In this document: positions 1 through 10,354 of the stretch, piece after piece | How positions within the stretch are numbered: the first letter of the stretch is position 1 | Layout: the number at the start of each line of letters is the position of its first letter | IMG/VR virus record: IMGVR_UViG_3300037193_002017 | Location: 1 to 64,000 of that record | Length of the DNA stretch: 64,000 nt | Source of the DNA: a virus | Reading direction: 5' to 3' (one strand) | Position numbers and translations under genes: made by a program | The notes under the pieces: model-generated | Told to the model about the DNA's origin: nothing | What the model saw: only the letters and a program-made list of their open reading frames with translations | Database searches by the model: none

Positions 1-528
1 ATCGACGCCTTCCTCCTGTACGGGCTGGAGGAGGAGCTCGAGGACCAGATGATCCAGGGCGACGGCACCGGCGAGAACTTCGAGGGTCTCGGCACCGTGT
101 CCGGTGTCCAGGCGCAGGCCTGGGACACCAACCTGCTCACCACCCTCAGGAAGGCGCGGACCAAGGTCCGCACCGTGGGCCGGTCCATTGCCAACGCCTA
201 CCTGTTCAACCCGGCCGACCTCGAGACCCTCGACCTCCTGCAGGACAACGAGGGCCGCTATTACTTCGGCGGGCCGACCGCGTCCGGGAGTGCCAACCCG
301 CTGTGGGGTGTCGGGGTCGTCGAGACCGAGGCCGTTCCGGCGGGCACCGGCTACGTCGGTGACTTCCGCAAGGCCGTGCTGTGGGACCGAGAGCAGGCCA
401 CCGTCCAGGTGACCGACTCCCACCTGGACTTCTTCGTCCGCAACCTGGTGGCGATCCTCGCCGAGATGCGCGCGGCGTTCGGTGTCCTGCAGCCGTCCGC
501 GTTCGTCGAGATCGACCTGACCGCCTGA
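1..528 (+). CDS. Major capsid protein (HK97 fold), C-terminal part; runs off the window start
   Basis: Frame open from base 1; motifs GDGTGENFEG, NPAD..L.LLQDNEGRY, LWGVGVV, GDF, FVRNLVAILAEMR, PSAFV. Confidence 0.93.
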   Translation: MDAFLLYGLEEELEDQMIQGDGTGENFEGLGTVSGVQAQAWDTNLLTTLRKARTKVRTVGRSIANAYLFNPADLETLDLLQDNEGRYYFGGPTASGSANPLWGVGVVETEAVPAGTGYVGDFRKAVLWDREQATVQVTDSHLDFFVRNLVAILAEMRAAFGVLQPSAFVEIDLTA

Positions 529-543
529 TCGGAGGCTGAACCC

Positions 544-756
544 ATGGCGTACCTCGACCCCGCAGGGGGCAGGGCCCGCGAGGGCAAGCAGACCGCCGCC
601 GTCACCAATGCCGCAGCCGCGACCGCTTCGGCGGCCGCCGGCGCGACCCCGACGAAGGCGGAGTACGACGCGCTCCTGGCCGACTGCAACGCGCTGCGCA
701 CCAAGCTGAACGCGCTGCTCGCGGCCATGCGGACGTCCGGCCAGCTGGCGTCGTGA
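544..756 (+). CDS. Small virion protein (head fibre/decoration-like coiled coil)
   Basis: RBS GGAGG; directly after the capsid gene; TKAEYDALLADCNALRTKLNALLAAMR pattern. Confidence 0.7.
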   Translation: MAYLDPAGGRAREGKQTAAVTNAAAATASAAAGATPTKAEYDALLADCNALRTKLNALLAAMRTSGQLAS

Positions 757-1382
757 CGCTGTTCACCCACCGCAACGCCGGAGGGCGGTGCCCGTGCGGA
801 GCAGCCAACGCTGCGTGCGGGCCGCCCTCCGACGTGGTGCCGGTGGACCAACGCATCGAGGAGGTGGCCGCGGTGAGCGGTCCGCTGAAGAAGTACAGGG
901 TCACGCGCGGCGGCGTGTCGACCGTGATGAAGCTGAACGAGGCCGATGCCGCCCGGCTCGGCGTCGGGGCCGGTGACGTCGTTGGGGCGGCGTCGACCAT
1001 CCCGGTCGTCGAGCCGGTCGGCGAGACCGATGGGGGCGGTGACGGCGATGGCGCTGCTGACGACTCCAGCACCGTCCAGGCCATGGTCGCCGCTGATGCC
1101 GGTACGGGGGCGGAGCCGGTGCAGTCGGCTGCGGACTCCGGCGGTGACAGCCCGGCGCCGGGAGACCCGCAGGCTGCGGCGGATCCGGGCGATCAGAAGG
1201 AGGCAGCGGTGAGCGACGCGGGCGACCAAGCGGCCGCCGAACCGGCCGACGCCGGCGGCGACACCCCGGCCAAGGCGCCCGCCCGGGCGCCGGCGAAGAA
1301 GACGGCCGCCAAGAAGCAGACAGCGGCCGCGAACAAGGCCCGCACGGCGGCGGCCAACAAGGCCGAGAGCCCCGGTGGCTGA
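753..1382 (+). CDS. Hypothetical head-associated protein, low-complexity Ala/Asp/Lys tail (start may be ~866)
   Basis: Overlaps both neighbours; position in head module. Confidence 0.6.
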   Translation: MTLFTHRNAGGRCPCGAANAACGPPSDVVPVDQRIEEVAAVSGPLKKYRVTRGGVSTVMKLNEADAARLGVGAGDVVGAASTIPVVEPVGETDGGGDGDGAADDSSTVQAMVAADAGTGAEPVQSAADSGGDSPAPGDPQAAADPGDQKEAAVSDAGDQAAAEPADAGGDTPAKAPARAPAKKTAAKKQTAAANKARTAAANKAESPGG

Positions 1383-1929
1383 GACGTTCCTCGCCGACCC
1401 GGCCGAGCTGGCGGTGAAGCTCGGCCGGGCGGAGGACGACCCGAAGCTGCAGTTCGCGCTGCGGGCTGCGACGCGCCGGTTCCGCGGACAGGTCGGGCAC
1501 CAGGTCTACCCGGTCACCGAGAACGAGCAGGTGACGCTGGACGGCAACGGCCGCGAGTCCATCCTGCTGCCGGTGTGGCCCACGGTCACGGTGACGACGG
1601 TGGTCCTCGAGGGCGTCACCCTCGTCGAGGGCACCGACTACCAGTGGTCCGAGGAGGGCATCCTGCGCCGCCTGGGCTGCAAGGTGTGGCCCGACAAGCT
1701 GCGCTGCCTGCAGGTCACCTACAGCCACGGCTGGGCGACCCGCCCGGCGGACGTGGCGGAGGTGGTCGGCGAGCGGACGGAGGCGGCGTTCACCATCCCG
1801 GTCGGTGTCCAGTCCCAGGCCGTGGGCGGGCAGTCCGTGACGTTCGGGGCGCAGGCCGCGTCCGGGTCCACGGAGGCCTGGGTCAAGACCGTCGACCGCC
1901 ACAAGGTCCGTGCATCCGGAGACGTCTGA
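1375..1929 (+). CDS. Head-to-tail adaptor/connector
   Basis: Gene order; VTLDGNG, VTYSHGW..PADV motifs. Confidence 0.8.
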   Translation: MAETFLADPAELAVKLGRAEDDPKLQFALRAATRRFRGQVGHQVYPVTENEQVTLDGNGRESILLPVWPTVTVTTVVLEGVTLVEGTDYQWSEEGILRRLGCKVWPDKLRCLQVTYSHGWATRPADVAEVVGERTEAAFTIPVGVQSQAVGGQSVTFGAQAASGSTEAWVKTVDRHKVRASGDV

Positions 1930-2276
1930 TGTTCTTTCACGACAGCGTCGTACGGGTACGCGCGGGCACCCGCACGAGCCGCGGCGGGGACACCGTGAAG
2001 GACTGGTCGGCGGGAGCGGTGTCAAGGCTGGCGGTGGGCCAGCTGAACATCCAGCCCGCCAGCCAGAGCGAGCAGACCGATGCCACACGTACGGCGGTCG
2101 TCACTGGGTGGCGGGTGCAGTCCGAGCCGGGCACCGCCCCGGACATCACGGCCGCCGACCGGATCGAGTGGCGCGGCATGGTCCTCGAGGTCCAGGGCGA
2201 GGTCGCCGAGTGGCCGGGCCCGCTCACCGGCGCCGTGCATCACATCGAGTTCACCATGAACCGCGCCACCGGATAG
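1929..2276 (+). CDS. Head-to-tail stopper/closure protein
   Basis: ATG at 1929 overlaps previous TGA; DITAADRIEWRG..LEVQGEV..W motif. Confidence 0.78.
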   Translation: MFFHDSVVRVRAGTRTSRGGDTVKDWSAGAVSRLAVGQLNIQPASQSEQTDATRTAVVTGWRVQSEPGTAPDITAADRIEWRGMVLEVQGEVAEWPGPLTGAVHHIEFTMNRATG

Positions 2277-2285
2277 GAGGCTCTC

Positions 2286-2567
2286 GTGCTCCAAGACTTC
2301 CGGCTGGATGCCGCCGGCGTTCGGGAGGTCCTCAAGGGCCCGGAGATGCGTCAGGTCATCGACGATCTGGCCGGGCAGATCGCCGGGCACGTGCGGGCGA
2401 ACGTGCCCTCCGGCACGGTCGTGTCCGTGCGCGGCTACACCACCGACCGTGGGGCGGCCACGGTGGTCATCGAGGACGTTCAGGCGATGGCGTGGCAGGC
2501 CCGCGACGGCATCCTCACCCGGGCCGCGGCGGCGGCCGGGCTCGAGGTGAAGGCGTGGCAGCGATGA
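2286..2567 (+). CDS. Tail completion/neck protein
   Basis: RBS AGGAGG; FRLDAAGVREVLKGPEM motif; gene order. Confidence 0.7.
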   Translation: MLQDFRLDAAGVREVLKGPEMRQVIDDLAGQIAGHVRANVPSGTVVSVRGYTTDRGAATVVIEDVQAMAWQARDGILTRAAAAAGLEVKAWQR

Positions 2568-2983
2568 AGACGTTGACCGTCTTCGACGACGCTCAGGCCG
2601 CCGGAGCCACCGTCCTACGGGACGCGCTCGCCGCGCGCGTCGAGGCCTTCGTCCAGGGTGTGAGCGTGGGCACGAGGGTGCCGGCGGACCGGTCGCCGGA
2701 GCTTGAGCGTCTGCCGTATGTGATGGTCCGCAAGGACTCCGACAGCCCGCACTCGTCCATGGCCAACGCGCGCGTCACGCTGCGGGTGACGGTGTGGCAC
2801 GAGGACGACGACCAGGCGCATGACCTGGCGATGCTCTGCCAGGGCCTGCTCATCGTCCACTCCGGTCCCGTCATCCGGGGCGTCCGCCCGGGCACCGGCC
2901 CGATCCCTGCCGTGGACGACGTCTCCGGCTATCCGCTGAGCACGTTCACCGTGCTCGCCAACATCAAGCCCCGGCTCGCCTGA
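2564..2983 (+). CDS. Tail terminator protein
   Basis: ATGA overlap at 2564; immediately upstream of the major tail gene. Confidence 0.72.
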   Translation: MKTLTVFDDAQAAGATVLRDALAARVEAFVQGVSVGTRVPADRSPELERLPYVMVRKDSDSPHSSMANARVTLRVTVWHEDDDQAHDLAMLCQGLLIVHSGPVIRGVRPGTGPIPAVDDVSGYPLSTFTVLANIKPRLA

Positions 2984-3125
2984 CACACCAGACACCCGCC
3001 GCCCGGCGATGGGGCAGAGAGCCTCCTCCGGGCTGAGACTCCGGTGCGCGCGCAGCGTCCGGGCGGCGGGCCCCTGCTGCTGAACTGCGGCTCCCTGCTG
3101 ACCTGCTACATGAGAGGAGGGCGCC

Positions 3126-3896
3126 GTGGCCGGCGACCCGACACTGGCAAATTTGTGGACCGACGCTGATGTGTACGTGTCCTGGAACCTGAGCGCAGCT
3201 ATTCCGGCGAACGCCGAGACGGCGTTCGGCGCGGACTGGAAACTGATCGGCCTCTTGGACGGGGACGAGGGTTTCCCCGAGACCCGCGACGAGGACACGG
3301 ACGACAAGTTCGCCTGGGGCGGCATCCTCGTCCGCACCAGCCGCAACCACTTCAAGCTCACCAAGTCCTTCACGTGCCTGGAGGACAACGAGTGGACCAG
3401 GAAGCTGGTGTGGCCGGGGTCCACCGACACGCAGATCAAGGTGCCCAAGCCGGAACGGGTGCTCGTCGCGTTCGAGACCCGCGAGGGCGACAAGACGCGC
3501 CGCCTGATCACCGCCCAGTACGCGGAGTGTTCCCTCGACGGGGACCACGGCGAGAACGAAGTGGACCTCGAGTCGGCGACGATCGCCGCGACGATCTTCC
3601 CGACCTCGGCCGGTGTGCTGTTCACCCGTCAGGCCACCCCGGTCCTGCAGTCCATCTCGGTCACCCCGGCCACCCTGTCGATCCCCGACGGCGAGATCAG
3701 CGCCCTGGCCGCGACCGCCACCTACTCCGACGCCAGCACCGCCGACGTCACCGCGCTGGCGTCCTGGACCTCGTCGGACCCGACCAAGGCCACCGTGTCC
3801 GCCGGGTTCGTCACCGGCATCGCGCCCGGCACGTCCACCGTCACCGCCTCGTACCAGGGGCAGACCGACACCTGCGCCGTCACCGTCACGGCCTGA
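3126..3896 (+). CDS. Major tail tube protein with C-terminal Ig-like (Big_2-type) domain
   Basis: Strong RBS GAGGAGG; C-terminal SISVTP...ATATYSD...DVT..ASWTSSDPTKATVS.G.VTG.APG. Confidence 0.9.
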   Translation: MAGDPTLANLWTDADVYVSWNLSAAIPANAETAFGADWKLIGLLDGDEGFPETRDEDTDDKFAWGGILVRTSRNHFKLTKSFTCLEDNEWTRKLVWPGSTDTQIKVPKPERVLVAFETREGDKTRRLITAQYAECSLDGDHGENEVDLESATIAATIFPTSAGVLFTRQATPVLQSISVTPATLSIPDGEISALAATATYSDASTADVTALASWTSSDPTKATVSAGFVTGIAPGTSTVTASYQGQTDTCAVTVTA

Positions 3897-3987
3897 CCCA
3901 TCGCCCGGGCGCGGGGAGTTCGTCGCGGTTCGGCCCGCGCCCGGTGCACCACCCACCCCCGAACCGCGACGAGAGGAACCGCGACAC

Positions 3988-4347
3988 ATGGCCCTGCAGT
4001 TCACCGACGCCGAGCTCCACGCCAAGGCCATCCAACTCGGCATCGTCGCCGGCCCTGATGAAGTGCTGCCGCCCCGGCAGCGTTCCAAGGTGGCCGCCGC
4101 CCTCGTCGAGGAGCGGCGCGCCGCCACCCGGCAGGAGGAGACGCCGGAGCCGGTGTGCGCGAAGGAGATCGTCGTGCAGCCCGGCGGCCAAGTGCTCGTC
4201 GACGGCGAGCCGTTTCCGTGGCTGATCGCCCGGCAGCCGATGGAGATCGGCCTCAACCCCGAGGGCATCAGCACCGTCCGTCTCACGCTCATGACCGAGA
4301 CGGTTCAGGTCCTCAAGCCCCAGCCCAGCAAGAACGAGAGCGAGTAA
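3988..4347 (+). CDS. Hypothetical protein between major tail and chaperone genes
   Basis: ATG 3988 with GAGGA upstream; typical codon usage. Confidence 0.65.
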   Translation: MALQFTDAELHAKAIQLGIVAGPDEVLPPRQRSKVAAALVEERRAATRQEETPEPVCAKEIVVQPGGQVLVDGEPFPWLIARQPMEIGLNPEGISTVRLTLMTETVQVLKPQPSKNESE

Positions 4348-4352
4348 CACCC

Positions 4353-4697
4353 ATGACCAGCCGAACCGCGACCAAGGCCCCCGACGACCAGCCGTTCGAC
4401 TTCAACCTCGACGCCGTCAAGGCCGAAAGCGACCTGTCCCCGTTCCGCGTCCACTTCGCCGGCCGCCGCTGGGAGATGAAGCACCTCGAGGCCCTGGACG
4501 TCTGGCAGCTGATGGACGCCGCCGAACGGGGTGAGATCGGCGCCATGCTCGGCGCGTTCCAGGCCGCCCTCGGCGACGACTACACCGACTTCCGCAAGCA
4601 GGAGTTGCCGCAGTACAAGCTGAAGGCCCTGTTCGAGGCTTACCGGAAGCACTGCGGCGTGGCCGAGGGGGAATCGGAGGCCTCGTCCGGCTCCTGA
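4353..4697 (+). CDS. Tail assembly chaperone (gpG-like)
   Basis: Lies between major tail and tape measure genes; slippery GGGGGAA near the 3' end. Confidence 0.85.
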   Translation: MTSRTATKAPDDQPFDFNLDAVKAESDLSPFRVHFAGRRWEMKHLEALDVWQLMDAAERGEIGAMLGAFQAALGDDYTDFRKQELPQYKLKALFEAYRKHCGVAEGESEASSGS

Positions 4698-5119
4698 GAG
4701 AGCACGGCGAGGCAGTCCAAGCCGACCTGCGCGAGCACTACAACATCCGCCTGTCGGATCTGTTCGCGCGCGACGCGCACGGCCGGCCGCTGCTGACGTG
4801 GCGGGAGCTCGGCGGCTACATCCGCCAGCTCCCCCCGCACGCCCGCACCCGCATGGCCCTGGGCCACACCGACGGCGTGTGGGGCCTGCAGGAACACCTC
4901 ACCGCCCTCGTCATCGACGAGCTGCGGGTGGCGAACTGGCAGCGCCAGAACGAGGGCGTCAAGGAGTCCAAACGGTCCAAGCCGCCCAAGCCCGTGCCCC
5001 GCCCCGGGGTGCGGGGCGGCCGGGAGAAGAACTCCCCCGAACGCGTCGCCAAGCGCAAGGCGGCCCTGGCCCGGGCCGCCCAGCGTAAGCGGGCGATCGC
5101 CGCAGGAGAGATCCGCTGA
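4667..5119 (+). CDS. Tail assembly chaperone -1 frameshift extension (gpGT-like)
   Basis: G GGG GAA at 4667-4673; -1 frame is open through GIGGLVRLLREHGEAVQADL... to the stop at 5119. Confidence 0.8.
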   Translation, partial: GGIGGLVRLLREHGEAVQADLREHYNIRLSDLFARDAHGRPLLTWRELGGYIRQLPPHARTRMALGHTDGVWGLQEHLTALVIDELRVANWQRQNEGVKESKRSKPPKPVPRPGVRGGREKNSPERVAKRKAALARAAQRKRAIAAGEIR

Positions 5120-5146
5120 TCAACAACTGAACACAGGGGGTGCCCT

Positions 5147-8100
5147 ATGCCGTCCGTCGGCTACGCCACGCTGCAGGTCATCCCCTCCGTACGCGGGATC
5201 GGCGACGAGCTGCGCCGTCAGCTCCTCGGCCCCGCCTCCGACGCCGCCGACCAGGCCGGGGAGCAGTCCGGGTCCCGGTTCGGCGAGAAGTGGAAGCAGG
5301 GCCTGGCGGCGGCTGGTGCTGCGGCCGGGGCGGTCCTGGTGGCGGCCACGGTGTCGGCCGTGGAGAAGGAGCGGATGGCCGACAAGCTGTCCGCTCAGCT
5401 GGGCCTGACCGGGCGCGGGGCCAAGCAGGCGGGGAAGATCGCGGGCGATCTGTACTCGGGTGCGGTCGTCGAGTCCTTCGAGGACGGCGCCGCCGCGGTG
5501 CGGGCGGTCATGGGGTCTGGCCTGATCGACGACAAGGCCACCACCAAGAGCATCAAGGCCATCACCACCCAGGTCGCCGACCTGGCGAACACCTTCGAGC
5601 AGGACCTCGTCGGCACGACCAACGCCGCGACCCAGCTCATCCGCACCGGTCTGGCCAAGGACGCCCCTGCCGCGCTGGACCTGCTGACCGCGGGCCTGCA
5701 GTCGTCCGCTGACAAGGGCGGCGACTTCCTCGAGACGATCAATGAGTACTCGACTCAGTTTCGCAAAGCCGGGCTCGACGGTGCTACGGCGGTCGGCCTG
5801 CTCAACCAGGCCATCCGCGCGGGCGCCCGCGACAGCGATATCGCCGCGGATGCGATCAAAGAGTTCAGCATCAGGGCTATCGACGGCTCTGATTCCAGCA
5901 GTGCCGGGTTCAAGGCGCTGGGGCTGTCGGCCAAGGACATGGCCGCCCAGTTCGCCCAGGGAGGTGAGGCCGCCAACGGCGTCCTGGACGTGACCCTCGA
6001 CAAGCTCCGCGGCGTCAAGGACCCGGTCAAGCAGTCGCAGATCGCCGTCCAGCTGTTCGGCACCCAGGCCGAGGACCTCGGGGCGAGTTTGCTCGCGATG
6101 GACCCGTCCTCGGCCGCCGCCGAACTGGGTCAGTTCGGTGGTGCGGCCAAGCGGGTCGGCGACACCATCCGCGGCAACACCTCCACCGAACTGAAGGTTC
6201 TGCAGCGGCAGCTGATGGGGGTCGTCGGCGGTGTGGTCACGTCTGTCGTGCTGCCCGGCCTGCGCGGGCTGAACGACGCTCTGGCATGGACCGGCAGGGC
6301 GGCGGGCGCCACGGGACGCTGGTTCCAGCAGTGGGGCGCGTGGCTGCTCCCGGTGATCGTGCTCGTCGGCGGGCTGACCATCGCGCTGAACGCGCAGGCC
6401 ATCTCCACAGCGGCCGTCACCGCGGTCTTCTCCATCTACCGTGCGGCGATCCTGGCCGGCACCGCCGTCACGCAAGGCTTCGCCATCGCGCAGGCCTTCC
6501 TCAACAGCGTGATGGCGCTGAACCCGATCACGCTGATCGTGATCGCGCTCGTGGCGCTCGGCGTCGCGCTGGTCGTCGCCTACAAAAAATCGGAGACTTT
6601 CCGGGGCATCGTCCAGGCCGTCTGGAAGGGCATCCAGACGGCGGCCCTGTGGGCGTGGAACAACGTCCTCAAGCCCGTCTTCGCGGCCCTGGTCGTGGCC
6701 TGGCAGGAGGCCGCGAAGTGGGCGCTGTGGCTGTGGCGGTCCGTGCTGCAGCCCGTGATCGGGTTCATCGTCACCGCCTTCAAATGGTGGTGGACCGCCG
6801 CCAAGATCTACTTCACCGCCGTCGGCGTCGTCTTCTACACGCTCGGCGCGGTCGCGGTCTGGCTCTGGAAGAACGCGATCTGGCCGGTGATCGGGTGGAT
6901 CATCGGCGGGTTCAAGCTCTGGTGGGCCGGGGTCAAGCTGTACTTCTCCCTGGTCGGCGCCGGGTTCCGGGCGGTCGGCGCGGTCGCGATGTGGCTGTGG
7001 CGCAACGCCATCTGGCCCGTCATCGGGTTCATCATCGGCGGCTTCAAGCTGTGGTGGGCCGGGGTCAAGATCTACTTCAACCTGGTCAAGGGCGGTTTCC
7101 GGGCGGTCGGCGCCGGAGCGACGTGGCTCTGGAAGAACGCGATCATGCCCGCCTGGAACGGCATCAAGACCGGCATCTCCACGGTCTACAACGTCGGCAT
7201 CAAGCCGGTGCTCGCGGCCCTGCGCACGGCGGTCGGCAAGACCGGCGATGCCTTCGGCGCCGCGAAGGACGCCATCAAGGTCGCCTGGGACAAGGTGAAG
7301 GGGATCGCGAAGGCACCGGTCGAGTTCGTCGTCGACACCGTCTACAACCGCGGACTCGTAGGCGTCTGGAACAAAGTCGCCTCGGCTTTCGGCGCGCCCA
7401 AGTTGTCGAAGTACAAGTTCGCCCGGGGCGGCCCGGTGTTCGGGGCGGGCACCGAGACCAGCGACGACGTCCCCGCGTGGCTGTCGAAGAACGAGCACGT
7501 ATGGACGGCGAAGGAGGTACGCGGCGCCGGCGGTCACGGCGCGGTCATGGCCCTGCGCAAGTGGGCCGCGGCCGGCGGGCGAGGCCGTCCCGGGTTCGCC
7601 GACGGGGGCGGCCTGTTCGGGTGGGTCGGCTCAGCCGCCTCCACCGCGAAGGGCTGGGGATCGGACGCCTGGGAGGCGGTCAAGTCCGGCGCGAAGTGGC
7701 TGAAGGACACCCTCGCCGACTCGGCCCGCTCCGGGGTCAACACGGTCGTCAAGCCGCTGCTACGCGGGATCCCGCACCTGGACTCCGGCATCGGCAAGAT
7801 GATCGCCAAGGTCCCCACCGCGATGATCGACGCCCTGTTCGGGTACGCGGAGAAGGCCGACAAGAAGGGCGCCTCACAGTCCTCGGCCGGCTTCGGCGGG
7901 GGGCAGATCCCGACGGGGAAGCGGGCCACGATCATCCGCCGGGCCCTGCAGGCGGCCGGTGTGCCGCCGCCAGGCACGATCGGCCAGTGGCTCGCCGGGA
8001 TGAACACACTGATCACCCGCGAGTCCGGCTGGAACGCCTCCGCCGTCAACCGGTGGGACATCAACGCGAAGAACGGCGTGCCATCCCAGGGTCTGGCGCA

Positions 8101-9454
8101 GACGATCCCGCCGACGTGGAGCGCCTACGTACCCAAGTCGCTGCGGTCGCGCGGCATTCTCGACCCGGTCGGCAACGTCGCGGCGGCGATCCGGTACATC
8201 GTCGCCCGCTACGGCAACATCACGCGCGTGCAGCAGGCCAACGCCAACGCGGCCCCGAAGGGGTACGCCGGCGGCGGCCGGCCGCGCCCGGGTGAGATGT
8301 TCTGGGTCGGCGAGAGGGGCCCGGAGCTGATGCAGCTCGGGGCGCACGGGGCGACGGTGTGGGACTCGGCGACGTCGATGCGGATGGCCTCCGGGCTCGG
8401 CGTGCTCAAGGGGTTCGCCAAGGGCACCAGCGGCGCCCAGACCAAGGCGGCGAAGGCGCAGGCCGCCGTACGCAAGGAGATCGCCGGTGACCTGACCGGG
8501 GTGACGAAGGCGCTCACGGCCAGCGCGGCGGACATCAAGAAGGCGTTCGACGAGCTGACCAAGGACCTCCGCGCCACCGGTGTGGCGGGCAAGGCGCTGG
8601 CCGCGTCCACGGTGGCGGCGTCGGTGAAGCTGCAGGCGCTGGCCAAGCAGCGCGACAGTGTCGACGCCCGCCTCGAGGCCGCCCGGTCGGCTGCCTCGGA
8701 CCAGAAGAAGGCCGCCGCCGACTTCCTCGGCCTCTCCCAGGTCGGCGAGGTCGGCACGGTCACCGACCTGCTCGGGGCACTGACGTCCCGGCAGGCCACA
8801 GCGAAGACGTTCCAGCAGCAGATCGCCGCCCTGTCCAAGAAGGGCCTGAGTCAGGACCTCATCAGCCAGCTCGTCGCGATGGGCCCCGAGGGGGCGCTGA
8901 TCGACCTGGTGGCCGGAGCGTCCAAGGGACAGATCGGCCAGCTCAACACGCTCGCCAAATCCGGCGCCGCCCTGTCCAGGTCATACGGAAACACCATGGC
9001 CGATGCCATGTTCGACGCCGGTACGCAGGCAGGCCGCGGTTTCCTCACCGGCCTGAAAGCCCAGAAGAAGGAGCTGCAGAAGGAGATGACCTCGCTCGGG
9101 GGCATCCTCGTCGCGGCCCTCGAAGCGAAGCTGAAGATCAAGTCCCCGGCCAAGCGCACCCAGTGGACCGGCGAGATGACCGGTCTCGGCCTGCAGGTCG
9201 GCCTGGACAACACCGCCTCGAGGGTGGCGGCTGCAGCTGCCCGTGTCGCGGACGCCGCCGTCCCCCAGGTGCCGACCGTCTCACCCGCATCCATCGCGGC
9301 CTCGACACCGCAGGGCCTCGCCCCTGGAACCCGGCTGCGCCTGGTCGTGGGCGAGCACGAGTTCGACGCATACGTCGACGACCGCGCCGATGACCGCGTC
9401 AACGCCGGGTTCACCCGGGTACGCCGCGCGGCCTCGTCCGGCCGCAAGCAATAG
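5147..9454 (+). CDS. Tape measure protein with lytic transglycosylase (SLT) domain
   Basis: 1435 aa, Ala/Gly-rich; Trp-rich repeats; ITRESG...N.WD.NA..G.PS.GL.Q..PTW SLT motif. Confidence 0.95.
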   Translation: MPSVGYATLQVIPSVRGIGDELRRQLLGPASDAADQAGEQSGSRFGEKWKQGLAAAGAAAGAVLVAATVSAVEKERMADKLSAQLGLTGRGAKQAGKIAGDLYSGAVVESFEDGAAAVRAVMGSGLIDDKATTKSIKAITTQVADLANTFEQDLVGTTNAATQLIRTGLAKDAPAALDLLTAGLQSSADKGGDFLETINEYSTQFRKAGLDGATAVGLLNQAIRAGARDSDIAADAIKEFSIRAIDGSDSSSAGFKALGLSAKDMAAQFAQGGEAANGVLDVTLDKLRGVKDPVKQSQIAVQLFGTQAEDLGASLLAMDPSSAAAELGQFGGAAKRVGDTIRGNTSTELKVLQRQLMGVVGGVVTSVVLPGLRGLNDALAWTGRAAGATGRWFQQWGAWLLPVIVLVGGLTIALNAQAISTAAVTAVFSIYRAAILAGTAVTQGFAIAQAFLNSVMALNPITLIVIALVALGVALVVAYKKSETFRGIVQAVWKGIQTAALWAWNNVLKPVFAALVVAWQEAAKWALWLWRSVLQPVIGFIVTAFKWWWTAAKIYFTAVGVVFYTLGAVAVWLWKNAIWPVIGWIIGGFKLWWAGVKLYFSLVGAGFRAVGAVAMWLWRNAIWPVIGFIIGGFKLWWAGVKIYFNLVKGGFRAVGAGATWLWKNAIMPAWNGIKTGISTVYNVGIKPVLAALRTAVGKTGDAFGAAKDAIKVAWDKVKGIAKAPVEFVVDTVYNRGLVGVWNKVASAFGAPKLSKYKFARGGPVFGAGTETSDDVPAWLSKNEHVWTAKEVRGAGGHGAVMALRKWAAAGGRGRPGFADGGGLFGWVGSAASTAKGWGSDAWEAVKSGAKWLKDTLADSARSGVNTVVKPLLRGIPHLDSGIGKMIAKVPTAMIDALFGYAEKADKKGASQSSAGFGGGQIPTGKRATIIRRALQAAGVPPPGTIGQWLAGMNTLITRESGWNASAVNRWDINAKNGVPSQGLAQTIPPTWSAYVPKSLRSRGILDPVGNVAAAIRYIVARYGNITRVQQANANAAPKGYAGGGRPRPGEMFWVGERGPELMQLGAHGATVWDSATSMRMASGLGVLKGFAKGTSGAQTKAAKAQAAVRKEIAGDLTGVTKALTASAADIKKAFDELTKDLRATGVAGKALAASTVAASVKLQALAKQRDSVDARLEAARSAASDQKKAAADFLGLSQVGEVGTVTDLLGALTSRQATAKTFQQQIAALSKKGLSQDLISQLVAMGPEGALIDLVAGASKGQIGQLNTLAKSGAALSRSYGNTMADAMFDAGTQAGRGFLTGLKAQKKELQKEMTSLGGILVAALEAKLKIKSPAKRTQWTGEMTGLGLQVGLDNTASRVAAAAARVADAAVPQVPTVSPASIAASTPQGLAPGTRLRLVVGEHEFDAYVDDRADDRVNAGFTRVRRAASSGRKQ
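6728..7155 (+). repeat. 132-bp (44 aa) tandem repeats inside the tape measure gene
   Basis: WLW units start at 6728, 6860, 6992, 7124. Confidence 0.85.
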
Positions 9455-9475
9455 CAGAGAGGAGGGAGAGCCCGG

Positions 9476-10354
9476 ATGCCGATGATCGTGGACCCGGATG
9501 TTCCGCCCATCACGCCGCCGGAGACCGTCACCAGCCCGGACGGCTGGCTGACGGCCATCGTCGACGCCCCGTGGGCGGGCGTGGTCCTGGCCGTCGACTA
9601 CACCGCCGCCACCCCTCTCGCGGGGGTGGCGAACGTGCGCCGGGTCCTGATCACCCGCCAGGACCCGGGCGCGAGCGCGCCCGTACCCGTGCGGGGAGCC
9701 AACCTGGCGTGGGCGGTGGCCGGAACGGGGCAGGCCTACGACCACGAGGCCCCCCTCGGTGTCGGCGTCACCTACACCGCCCGCCCCCAGTTCGCCGACG
9801 GCACCTGGGGACCGACATCGTCGGTGGGGATCACGGTGCCCGAACCGTCGCCGGTGGCGGACGTGTGGCTGAAATCGCTGGACCTGCCGGGTACTTCGGC
9901 GCGGGTCACCGTCACCGCGTGGCCGCAACTGGCGTGGGGCGCGCGCATCGACCAGGCCCAGGTCGCCGGGAGCCCGTATCCGGTGGCGGCGCAGGACGTG
10001 TACGGGGCGGCCGGCTCGGACATCACCCTCGACGCCGAGGGCGACGCGATCGAGACGGTGCGGGAGCTGCTGACGACGCCGGGGGTGCGGCTGCTGCAGA
10101 CCCGCCCCGGCTACCACCGGCCCGACATGTACGTCCTGCTGTCCGACCCCGCCGAGGCGGTCGACGCCGCACCCGACGGCTCGCGCACGTTCACCGCCGG
10201 CGTGGTCCAGGTCGAGCGCCCGGACACCACGGGTCAGCCGATGCGGATGCCGGAGTGGTCGTACGACGTGCTGGCGGGGGCGTACGCGAGCTTTGACGCC
10301 GCCGCAGCCGCCTACAGCTCGTTCACGTCGCTGGCCACCAACGGGGCCGCCTGA
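9476..10354 (+). CDS. Minor tail protein (distal tail-like)
   Basis: First gene after the tape measure; YDHEAPLGVGVTY motif. Confidence 0.78.
   Translation: MPMIVDPDVPPITPPETVTSPDGWLTAIVDAPWAGVVLAVDYTAATPLAGVANVRRVLITRQDPGASAPVPVRGANLAWAVAGTGQAYDHEAPLGVGVTYTARPQFADGTWGPTSSVGITVPEPSPVADVWLKSLDLPGTSARVTVTAWPQLAWGARIDQAQVAGSPYPVAAQDVYGAAGSDITLDAEGDAIETVRELLTTPGVRLLQTRPGYHRPDMYVLLSDPAEAVDAAPDGSRTFTAGVVQVERPDTTGQPMRMPEWSYDVLAGAYASFDAAAAAYSSFTSLATNGAA

Noticed and set aside
2984-3125. Structured ncRNA upstream of the major tail gene
   Set aside because: Only short CTGCTGA repeats and weak stems; no recognisable family
6728-7155. 132-bp repeats as a DGR template/variable pair
   Set aside because: In-frame 4x11-aa tape measure periodicity; no reverse transcriptase in the window
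5120-7537. Long antisense and alternate-frame ORFs (also 34824-37193, 57283-59535, 57537-59963 upstream part)
   Set aside because: Shadow ORFs expected at high GC; they overlap well-supported genes and have Arg/Pro/Gly-biased translations
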